Assembly: GCA_051252135.1 (NCBI GenBank)
Contig: JBPOGH010000010.1
Span: forward strand, 32,001-96,000
From: Verrucomicrobiaceae bacterium
GTDB taxonomy: Bacteria; Verrucomicrobiota; Verrucomicrobiia; Verrucomicrobiales; Akkermansiaceae
Length of the DNA: 64,000 nt
Reading direction: 5' to 3'
Positions 56,669-64,000 of this stretch are shown piece by piece. Below the pieces are notes generated by a model that was given only the letters and a program-made list of their open reading frames with translations, was not told where the DNA came from and ran no database searches. Position 1 is the stretch's first letter, and every line of letters starts with the position of its first letter. Both the position numbers and the translations under genes were made by a program.

Positions 56669-56729
56669 AGCGGACGGGACGTCCACTCTCCATACCTTGG
56701 TTGACAAGCGGCGGGGGCGCCGCGACTCC
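56669..56729 (-). repeat. Two tandem 23-nt REP-like palindromes with GGAG foot
   Basis: Minus strand GGAGTCGCGGCGCCCCCGCCGCT (56707-56729) and GGAGAGTGGACGTCCCGTCCGCT (56669-56691). Confidence 0.6.
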
Positions 56730-56731
56730 TT

Positions 56732-57733
56732 TTAGATGAGAGCGGCAACCTTTTGAGTGAGTTCGGCCATTCGAACGGAGTAACCCCATTCGTTGTCATA
56801 CCAGACGAGGAGTTTGAGTTGGGTGCCGTTGACGACCATGGTGGATTGGGCGTCGACGATGCCGGAGCGGGGGTCGTTGGTGTAGTCGGCGCTGACGAGG
56901 GGTTTTTCTTCGTAGCCGAGGATTCCTTTGAGTTCGCCTTCGGCGGCGGCTTTGAGGGCGGCGTTGATCTCGGTCTCGGTGACTTTTTTTTCCATCTCGA
57001 AGACGAGGTCGGTGAGGGAGGCGTTGAGGAGGGGGACGCGGACGGCGAGGCCATTGAGGCGACCTTTTAACTCCGGGAAGATCATGGTGACGGCGGTGGC
57101 CGATCCGGTGGAGGTAGGGATGAGGGAGTTGATGGCGGAGCGTGCGCGGCGGAGGTCCTTGTGGGGGGCGTCGACGATGGTCTGGGTGTTGGTGAGGTCA
57201 TGCAGGGTAGTGAGCATGCCGTGCTTGATGCCGAATGTTTCGTGGATGACCTTGATGACGGGGGCGATGCAGTTGGTGGTGCAGGAGGCGTTGGTGATGA
57301 TGTGGTTGACGGCGGGGTCGTAGTGGTGGTCGTTGCAGCCCATGACGATGTTGAGGACGTCGTCTTTGACGGGAGCGGCGACGATGACTTTTTTGACTCC
57401 GGCATCGAGGTAGGTTTGGAGGGATTCGGTGTCGCGGAATTTGCCGGAGCACTCGAGGACGATGTCGACGCCGGACCAGTCGGTCTTGGTGGGGTGGTCG
57501 TCGGCGGTGAAGGCGAGAGGCTTGCCATCGATGATGACGTTGTTTTCGTCGTGGGAGATGTTGTTTCCCCAGCGGCCGTGGACGGTGTCGAACTCGAGGA
57601 GGTGGGCGGCGCACTCGGCGGTGGCGTTGGCGTCGTTGATGCGGACGATGTCGAGGTCCGGGTTATCGAATCCGGCGCGGAGGACAAGGCGACCGATGCG
57701 GCCGAATCCATTGATGGCGACTTTGGTTTTCAT
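56732..57733 (-). CDS. ArsJ-associated glyceraldehyde-3-phosphate dehydrogenase
   Basis: [54 protein letters not shown]; ars context. Confidence 0.93.
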   Translation of the reverse strand: MKTKVAINGFGRIGRLVLRAGFDNPDLDIVRINDANATAECAAHLLEFDTVHGRWGNNISHDENNVIIDGKPLAFTADDHPTKTDWSGVDIVLECSGKFRDTESLQTYLDAGVKKVIVAAPVKDDVLNIVMGCNDHHYDPAVNHIITNASCTTNCIAPVIKVIHETFGIKHGMLTTLHDLTNTQTIVDAPHKDLRRARSAINSLIPTSTGSATAVTMIFPELKGRLNGLAVRVPLLNASLTDLVFEMEKKVTETEINAALKAAAEGELKGILGYEEKPLVSADYTNDPRSGIVDAQSTMVVNGTQLKLLVWYDNEWGYSVRMAELTQKVAALI

Positions 57734-57756
57734 GATGGTATTTGTGGTGATTGGGT

Positions 57757-58095
57757 TCAGCAGGCTGAGCAGGAGTCTTTTTCGTTGTCTTGATTGAGGC
57801 AGAGTTCGGGATGTCCCTGGCAGCAGTCTTCAGCGAGGAAGAGCATCAGTTTTTTCATCTGGTTGGTGCGCAGGCGGTATTTGATGGAGCGTCCGATGCG
57901 CTCGGACTCGATGAGGCGGGAGGCGCTCAGCTCTTTGAGGTGAAAGGAGAGGGTGGGCTTGGGGATTTTCAGGGCGAGGGAGAGGTCGCCGGCGCAGAGG
58001 CCTTCGGGTGCTTCTTTCACGAGAAGCCGAAACACTTGCAGTCGCGATTCGTGTGCGAGTGCGGCAAGAGCTTGAATGGCCTCTTTCGATTTCAT
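57757..58095 (-). CDS. arsR: ArsR/SmtB-family As(III)-responsive repressor (C-terminal CC...C type)
   Basis: [37 protein letters not shown]. Confidence 0.9.
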   Translation of the reverse strand: MKSKEAIQALAALAHESRLQVFRLLVKEAPEGLCAGDLSLALKIPKPTLSFHLKELSASRLIESERIGRSIKYRLRTNQMKKLMLFLAEDCCQGHPELCLNQDNEKDSCSAC

Positions 58096-58097
58096 TG

Positions 58098-58133
58098 TTC
58101 CAGAATAATGAAAATGAATTGCGAGAGTGTCAA
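58098..58133 (-). promoter_or_regulatory. ars operon promoter with overlapping operator-like dyad
   Basis: TTGACA (58128-58133), 17-bp spacer, CATTAT (58105-58110); TTC-N9-GAA dyad at 58098-58112 just before the ATG. Confidence 0.6.
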
Positions 58134-58368
58134 TGGCAATTTTTTGGGGCCGGCTTTGCTGGGAGTCGGTCAGGTGGTTCCGAGAGGTCCGAGGGGATTT
58201 ACCGGTGGAGGCCGTGCAGCCTCTGGTTAATTAGTAATTCCGAGAGCTTGGTTCGAGATTTTTCCCGATGGATGGCGGATGTGAAGGAAGGAAATGTGTC
58301 AGTTTTGAATCACTGAATTTATCGTGATTTCAACTGGATGGCACAACCGGGGGAAGTAGAGTATTCGG

Positions 58369-59082
58369 ATGTTTCCATCCTTGTTTCATCGATTTCCCTG
58401 TGTCCTGTTGTTTGTGGTGTCTCTGTTTGTAGGCCGGTTGGAAGCGGTATCTACTATCACTGAGGAGGATTTTAAAGGTGACGACACGATAGTTTTGACT
58501 GAAACGATTGAGTTTAAGTCTCGTCTCTATGCCAGCGTGATCACAGAGGAAGAGTGGGCGTCTGAGATACCAAAAGGAAAGGTCGTTTTGGTGGATTATG
58601 CTCTCGCTGATAAAGCTTGGCGCTACAGTAGCCGACTTTCTGGTGATCACGTAGAAGAGCTCTTTAGGAGGGCGAAGAGGCCCTCGAAAAAGGAATTCGC
58701 TGAAGCTAAAAAGAAAGATCAGGAAGCCCTTCGAAAACTTGAGGAAGAGGTGAAGCTGATGGAGAAGAAGCTAGGTCTTATCCCTCAGTCAGATGATGAA
58801 GGGGTCGCGTATTTTTATGCTGGAGAAGCTAAGATGAAAGTGATCGAGACTTTCAAAGGTGATCTGCAAAAAGGCGACACCATCAAGGTCACCTGGAAAA
58901 ACGTTCTCCGAAAACGATCTTGCCCCCATATGACTCCTTACAAAGGAAAAGCGGTCTGGTTACTGAAAGGTGCGGTGAAAGCTGGAGGTGAAGCCGAGCT
59001 GTTGCGGGGAGATCCGCGAGGCCTCGAAGAAATTCGTAAGGCCGCTGAGAAGGCCAAAGAAGAAGCAGCGCGTCCCGAGTGA
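58369..59082 (+). CDS. Hypothetical exported protein
   Basis: Signal-like N-terminus ending LEA; charged helical middle; AT-richer than neighbours. Confidence 0.7.
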   Translation: MFPSLFHRFPCVLLFVVSLFVGRLEAVSTITEEDFKGDDTIVLTETIEFKSRLYASVITEEEWASEIPKGKVVLVDYALADKAWRYSSRLSGDHVEELFRRAKRPSKKEFAEAKKKDQEALRKLEEEVKLMEKKLGLIPQSDDEGVAYFYAGEAKMKVIETFKGDLQKGDTIKVTWKNVLRKRSCPHMTPYKGKAVWLLKGAVKAGGEAELLRGDPRGLEEIRKAAEKAKEEAARPE

Positions 59083-59113
59083 CCAAAGTCAGCTGTTGAG
59101 CGAATTTCGGTGA

Positions 59114-60043
59114 CTAGCCTTTTCCGCGGGTGCGGGTTTTGCCGGGTTTGGCGTGGCCTTCGATGAACTCGATGATGGAGCTGGCGACGTCTTTTCCGGT
59201 GGCTTTTTCGATGCCTTCGAGTCCGGGGGAGGAATTGACTTCCATGACGACGGGGCCGTGGTTGGCGCGGAGGAGGTCGACTCCGGCGACGTTGAGGCCC
59301 ATGATCTTGGCGGCGCGGACGGCGGTGGCGCGCTCGGCGGGGGTGATTTTGACGACCTTGGCGGAGCCGCCGCGGTGGAGGTTGGAACGGAATTCGCCTT
59401 CGCCGCCCTGACGTTTCATGGCGGCGACGACTTTTCCGCCGACGACGAGGCAGCGGATGTCAGCTCCGCCGGCTTCCTTGATGAACTCCTGGGCAAGGAT
59501 GTTGGCATTGAGGCCGCGGAAGGCTTCGATGACGGACTCGGCGGCTTTGGTGGTCTCGGCGAGGACGACGCCGACGCCCTGGGTGCCTTCGAGGAGTTTG
59601 ATGACGAGGGGAGCTCCGCCGCAGGACTTGATGAGGTGTCCGGTGGCTTTGGTGTCGTGCGCGAAGGCGGTGACAGGAAGGCCGACGCCGCGGCGGGCGA
59701 GGAGCTGGAGGGAGCGCAGTTTATCGCGGGAGCGCGAGATGGCGACGGACTCGTTGAGGGGGAAGGTGTCCATCATTTCGAACTGACGGACGACGGCGGT
59801 GCCGAAGAAGGTGTTGGAGGCGCCGATGCGGGGGATGACGGCATCGAACTGAAGGGGTTCGTCGCCGAGGAAGATTTTTGGTCCGGTGGACTTGATGCTC
59901 ATGTGGCACCGGAGGTAGTCGATGACGCGGACGTCATGGCCCCTTTTTTGAGCGGCCGCTACCAGGCTGCTGGTGGAGTAGAGGTTCTTGTTCCGTGAGA
60001 GAACGGCGATGCGGAGGGGTTTGGGAGTTGGGGTGTCGCTCAT
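59114..60043 (-). CDS. rimK: RimK-family ATP-grasp alpha-L-glutamate ligase
   Basis: [52 protein letters not shown]. Confidence 0.95.
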   Translation of the reverse strand: MSDTPTPKPLRIAVLSRNKNLYSTSSLVAAAQKRGHDVRVIDYLRCHMSIKSTGPKIFLGDEPLQFDAVIPRIGASNTFFGTAVVRQFEMMDTFPLNESVAISRSRDKLRSLQLLARRGVGLPVTAFAHDTKATGHLIKSCGGAPLVIKLLEGTQGVGVVLAETTKAAESVIEAFRGLNANILAQEFIKEAGGADIRCLVVGGKVVAAMKRQGGEGEFRSNLHRGGSAKVVKITPAERATAVRAAKIMGLNVAGVDLLRANHGPVVMEVNSSPGLEGIEKATGKDVASSIIEFIEGHAKPGKTRTRGKG

Positions 60044-60112
60044 ATGGGGCGCACCCTGACAGGAATGGGATTCTTCTCAAGGCAAGCGACGAAATTTTTG
60101 GGGGGCAGATTC

Positions 60113-60967
60113 CTATGTTTGGATTTCCAGATGGTCGATGAGACGGACGGGGCCGTAGAAGCAGGCGGTGGCGAGGGTGACGGGGGAGGTCACCTTTGCG
60201 ACGGGCTGGAGGGTGGTGGAATCGACGAGTTGGAGGTAGTCGATGCGGAAGTCCGAGGGGGCTTCTTTTAAGAGGTGGGTGCGGGCGGCGTCGAGGTAGA
60301 CCGAGGGGGATTGTTCGCCGGTTTCGGCAAGGGAGCGGGCGGCGAGGAGGGCGCGGCGGATGCGGGGGGCATCGGCGCGATGGGCGGGAGTGAGCTTGCG
60401 GTTGCGGGAGGAGAGGGCGAGGCCGTCGGCTTCCCGGATGGTGGGGTGGCCGATGATTTCGACAGGGAGATTGAGGTCCCGGACCATGCGGCGGATGAGA
60501 GCGAGTTGCTGGAAGTCCTTGTTTCCGAAGACGGCGGCGTGCGGGCGGATGATGTTGAAGAGCTTGAGGACGATGGTGAGGACGCCATCGAAGTGGCCGG
60601 GTCGGGTGGCTCCGCAGAGGTGGGTGGTGAGGAGGGACTCGGTAACGAGGGTGGAGTGGTCCTTTTCGTAGAGAGAGGGGGTTTCGGGGACGAAGGCGAT
60701 ATCGGCTCCTTCGGCAGAGGCGAGGGCGAGATCGTCTTCGAGCGGGCGGGGGTAGGAGCTGAGGTCCTCGGCGCGGTCGAACTGGATGGGGTTGACGAAG
60801 ATGGAAATGACGACGGTGCCTTCCGGCCCCACCTTTTGCCGGGCGGCGCGGAGAAGAGCGAGGTGACCTTCGTGGAGGGCGCCCATGGTGGGGACGAGGG
60901 CGATTTGTCCGGACCTATTTTGGAGGTCTTTTTGAACAGAGTTGACGTCAGAGTATCTAAGGATCAT
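60113..60967 (-). CDS. panC: Pantoate--beta-alanine ligase
   Basis: VPTMGALHEGH, SIFVNPIQF, RPGHFDGV, FGNKDFQQ, DGLALSSRN; start set at MILRYS. Confidence 0.95.
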   Translation of the reverse strand: MILRYSDVNSVQKDLQNRSGQIALVPTMGALHEGHLALLRAARQKVGPEGTVVISIFVNPIQFDRAEDLSSYPRPLEDDLALASAEGADIAFVPETPSLYEKDHSTLVTESLLTTHLCGATRPGHFDGVLTIVLKLFNIIRPHAAVFGNKDFQQLALIRRMVRDLNLPVEIIGHPTIREADGLALSSRNRKLTPAHRADAPRIRRALLAARSLAETGEQSPSVYLDAARTHLLKEAPSDFRIDYLQLVDSTTLQPVAKVTSPVTLATACFYGPVRLIDHLEIQT

Positions 60968-61003
60968 TAATAAAGCGTGCTTCAACCAGCACCGTGTTGC
61001 GAT

Positions 61004-61597
61004 ATGACCTTCCGTTTGGCCAATCAGATTTTTGCGTTCTTCTTTCTCGTGGGTTCCTCTCTTTCCGCGCAGGAGGCGGGGGATGATTTTAAGGCGGCGG
61101 GGGTGGATGTGCAGAAGGTCTTCCGGTCGTATTACAAGACCGGGTTCACTCAAAGGAAGATTGATCAGGAGCGGGCGCGGATTCAGAAGGAGGATAATCA
61201 GGCACGGGCGCAAATCGCCGAGGTGGAGAAAAGGTTGCAGGCGATTTTGGTTCAGCTACGGGAGGAGACACTTTCCGACGATGAGCGGGTGAAATTGGGG
61301 AAAGAGCGTGAAATTCTGACCCAGCAGGTTCAGAAATTCGATGAGGCGAGAGGTCAGCGGTATCAGCGGGCCAATGATAATCTTGATAATGAGATGCAGG
61401 GGAAAATGCGGGCGCTTCTTGAGGAAATCCGGTCCTTGGTCAACGAGCACGCCAAGACGGAGGGATTTGCCATTGTTTTTGATCGGTCCGGAACGAATAC
61501 GAACCAAGTGAGCCCGATTATTTACGGGAGTGAGTTGGTGGATATTACCGCTGTCCTGATGAAAGAGCTCAACAAGGACGCTCCGGAAGGCAAATAG
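61004..61597 (+). CDS. OmpH/Skp-family periplasmic chaperone 1
   Basis: Signal peptide, AGVDVQKVF..YYKT, coiled coil, IVFDRSG, DIT..LMKELN. Confidence 0.88.
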   Translation: MTFRLANQIFAFFFLVGSSLSAQEAGDDFKAAGVDVQKVFRSYYKTGFTQRKIDQERARIQKEDNQARAQIAEVEKRLQAILVQLREETLSDDERVKLGKEREILTQQVQKFDEARGQRYQRANDNLDNEMQGKMRALLEEIRSLVNEHAKTEGFAIVFDRSGTNTNQVSPIIYGSELVDITAVLMKELNKDAPEGK

Positions 61598-61620
61598 GAC
61601 GCAATTTTGCTCACGCGAGG

Positions 61621-61649
61621 TTGACGCCTCGCGCTGACGACGACACACT
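61621..61649 (+). promoter_or_regulatory. Possible internal sigma70 promoter before second ompH
   Basis: TTGACG, 17-bp spacer, CACACT. Confidence 0.4.
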
Positions 61650-61676
61650 TCTTCGCACACTCAGTTTAATCTCTTC

Positions 61677-62249
61677 ATGAAAAATTTTCTTCTTACGATC
61701 TTCGGACTCGTCGTTCTCACATCTGTAGCGACTGCCCAGCGCCTCAAAATTGCCACGGTGGATATGGAGCGGTTGTTTAACGATTACTATCGGACCACCG
61801 AGATTCAGAAAGAGATCAACATCGAACGGGCCCGCATTCAAAAGGACAATAACATCCGTTTGGCTGACATTCGTGAGATTGAGGACAACATTCAAGGGCT
61901 CCGCAAGCAGCTGGAGGATGACAGCCTCGGGGACAAGGAACGGCAGGATATCGGTCAGCAGATTGTCGATCTTCGTCAGGATGGCATTCACAAGGAGCGC
62001 GAGCGTTCCGAATTCCTTGATCGCCGTAACCGCTCGATCAACGACCGGATGCGCAAGCAGATGCGCGCGATTCTCAATGACATTCAGCGTGAGGTGAGCG
62101 AGCGGGCGAAGGCGGGGAATTACGATTACATTTTTGATAAGTCGGGCAACAGCAGCCAGGGGATTCCCTTTGTATTGCATGCCCGTGAAATGACTGATCT
62201 GACTGATTCCCTCCTCACGGAAATCAACGAGGGTCAGGAGGAACAGTAA
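61677..62249 (+). CDS. OmpH/Skp-family periplasmic chaperone 2
   Basis: LKIATVDMERLFNDYYRT, YDYIFDKSG, DLTDSLL. Confidence 0.9.
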   Translation: MKNFLLTIFGLVVLTSVATAQRLKIATVDMERLFNDYYRTTEIQKEINIERARIQKDNNIRLADIREIEDNIQGLRKQLEDDSLGDKERQDIGQQIVDLRQDGIHKERERSEFLDRRNRSINDRMRKQMRAILNDIQREVSERAKAGNYDYIFDKSGNSSQGIPFVLHAREMTDLTDSLLTEINEGQEEQ

Positions 62250-62258
62250 TTTGCAGCT

Positions 62259-63302
62259 GTGTCCCTGACCACTTCCGAGCTTGCCGAAATTCTTGGCATT
62301 GACCTTCCAGAAGGGGAGGAGCGTTCCTATTCGGGGATCAACTCGCTGGACGAGGCGCAGGCCGGGGATGTCAGTTTTCTGGGGAACTTGAAGTATGCCG
62401 CCCAGTTGGATTCGACGGGTGCGGGAGCGGTTCTGGTGCCTCCGGGAGAGTGGAAGGCACCCGAAGGTTGCGTGTTGATCGAAGTCGAGAATCCATCGGC
62501 TTCCTTTTCAAAGGTCATCGAGCGTTTTCAGGAGGAAGCAAATCAAGGGGTGGCAGGTGTTTCGGCACAGGCGATGGTGGCTGAGAGCGCGATTTTCGAT
62601 CGTGAGAAAGTGACCATATCGGCCGGTGCGGTGATTGAAGAGGGAGTGAAAATCGGCGATGGGACGAGGATTGGGGCCGGAGTGGTGGTGGGACGGGATG
62701 CGACGATTGGTGCGGATTGCCTGCTTCATATGAATTCCACGGTGCGCGAGCGTTGTGTGTTGGGTGACCGGGTATCCTTGCAGCCGGGAGCGGTGGTGGG
62801 ATCGGACGGATACGGATACGAGCTTGTCGACGGACGTCACCAGAAGGTGCCCCAGGTGGGCATTGTGGTTCTTGAGGACGATGTGGAAATTGGTTCCAAT
62901 TCGACGATTGATCGTGCGCGTTTTGGCCGGACGGTGATCGGGGAAGGGACGAAGGTGGATAATCTTGTGCAGGTTGCCCACAACGTGCAGACAGGAAAAC
63001 ATTGTCTTTTGGTGGCTCAAAGCGGGGTGGCGGGAAGTTCCAGGCTGGGAAATTACGTGACAGTGGCGGCGCAAGCCGGGGTGGCGGGCCATATCGAGAT
63101 CGGGGATCGGGTTTTGTTGGCGGCCCGGGCGGGAGTGGTCAAGGATTTGCCGCAAGCGGGGGCCTACATGGGTATGCCGGCGCGGCCGATGGCGAAAGAG
63201 CAACGAAAGATGGCTGCATTGGCCCGCGTTCCGAAAATGTTGGAAGAATTGCGTTCTCTCAAAAAGAAGCTGGAGCAAATCGACTCCGACTGTGACAATT
63301 AA
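62259..63302 (+). CDS. lpxD: UDP-3-O-acyl-glucosamine N-acyltransferase
   Basis: SFLGNLKY, hexapeptide repeats, [23 protein letters not shown]. Confidence 0.96.
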   Translation: MSLTTSELAEILGIDLPEGEERSYSGINSLDEAQAGDVSFLGNLKYAAQLDSTGAGAVLVPPGEWKAPEGCVLIEVENPSASFSKVIERFQEEANQGVAGVSAQAMVAESAIFDREKVTISAGAVIEEGVKIGDGTRIGAGVVVGRDATIGADCLLHMNSTVRERCVLGDRVSLQPGAVVGSDGYGYELVDGRHQKVPQVGIVVLEDDVEIGSNSTIDRARFGRTVIGEGTKVDNLVQVAHNVQTGKHCLLVAQSGVAGSSRLGNYVTVAAQAGVAGHIEIGDRVLLAARAGVVKDLPQAGAYMGMPARPMAKEQRKMAALARVPKMLEELRSLKKKLEQIDSDCDN

Positions 63303-63337
63303 CCCCAGTTAACAAACCTTCCCCAAACTTACCTGCC

Positions 63338-63922
63338 ATGAACAAGCATTTTGCAACCAGGCTTCTCAGCCTCATTCTCCTTTTCGGAATCAGTCTTCCC
63401 GCAGCAGCGGCTCCATTGAAAGTAGCCACTGTCGATATGAGGAAGCTGCTCACCGAGTATCACGTGACCAAAGCAGCCGAAGCCGAGGATCAGGTGGAGC
63501 GGGAGGATATCAAGAAGGACGATATGGAGCGGATTGCGGCCATCAAGGCCATGGAGGAGGAAATGCGCAAGCTGCGCGTCCAGTTCCAAGAGGAAGGACT
63601 TGCCGAGGAGAAGAAGAAGGAAATTGCCCGTCAATTTGGCGAGCGCGAGCAAACTTTGGTCGCGCTGCGTCGTGAGCGTCAGGAATTCATTCAGCGCCGC
63701 ACCGGTGCCCTCAACGCCAAGATGGTGGCCAAGATGAAGGAGATTCGGGAAGCGGTGGGCAAAAAAGTTGAGGAGCAGGCTGCAGCGTCGGGAGTGGACT
63801 ATGCTTTTGACAGCACCGGATTGACCACTTCACAGGTTCCTTTCGTGCTCTATGTGCGCAACCGGGTTGACATCACCGACGATGTTCTCAAACTGCTGAA
63901 TGCCGACGCTCCTGCCGAGTAG
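63338..63922 (+). CDS. OmpH/Skp-family periplasmic chaperone 3
   Basis: LKVATVDMRKLLTEY, DYAFDSTG, VPFVLY, DITDDVLKLLN. Confidence 0.9.
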   Translation: MNKHFATRLLSLILLFGISLPAAAAPLKVATVDMRKLLTEYHVTKAAEAEDQVEREDIKKDDMERIAAIKAMEEEMRKLRVQFQEEGLAEEKKKEIARQFGEREQTLVALRRERQEFIQRRTGALNAKMVAKMKEIREAVGKKVEEQAAASGVDYAFDSTGLTTSQVPFVLYVRNRVDITDDVLKLLNADAPAE

Positions 63923-63966
63923 GCGTCCTTTTACCCCTTGTCCCATCCCAACCATTGATCAACGAC

Positions 63967-64000
63967 ATGAAATTTTCACGTTTTCTCCTGACTCTTATCG
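63967..64000 (+). CDS. Start of an exported protein (truncated by window edge)
   Basis: ATG followed by MKFSRFLLTLI, signal-peptide-like. Confidence 0.45.
   Translation, partial: MKFSRFLLTLI

Noticed and set aside
58208..58223. GAGGCCGT-GCAGCCTC equals the first 8 and last 8 nt of the MITE joined together
   Set aside because: No TTA flanks and it is simply the core of a local hairpin; too short to call a MITE relic

Overview
A 64 kb stretch of a GC-rich bacterial chromosome, most likely Verrucomicrobiota (inferred from three PEP-CTERM genes, a Minf_1886-type gene, a PVC-type heme-binding dehydrogenase and a dnaK-groES-groEL operon). It is mostly core genome: tRNA-Arg-rpsA, uppP, argG, metY, ppaC, the tRNA-Thr-tuf-tRNA-Trp-secE-nusG-rplKAJL-rpoBC cluster, dnaK-groESL, rimK, panC and an ompH/lpxD cluster, plus an arsR-gapdh-arsJ arsenate-resistance operon. 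I saw no CRISPR, prophage, integron or intact transposase. The most interesting signals are small-scale. (1) A foreign-looking exported-protein gene sits inside the ars operon between two ~95-bp copies of the arsJ leader and first 8 codons, and a similar 'housekeeping-gene duplicate beside a variable surface gene' pattern recurs at an orphan miaB 3' end and a vWA/PEP-CTERM/vWA trio. (2) A 379-bp MITE has inserted exactly into the overlapping stop codons of two convergent genes. (3) A >2100-aa internally duplicated membrane protein carries an internal signal-peptide-like segment. (4) A structured RNA candidate lies between rplJ and rplL, with no room for the usual L10 leader before rplJ. (5) A sigma54-type promoter precedes dnaK-groESL. 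(6) A GxxExxY gene is followed by 9-mer repeats. All calls are by-eye recognition; no database search or folding program was run.
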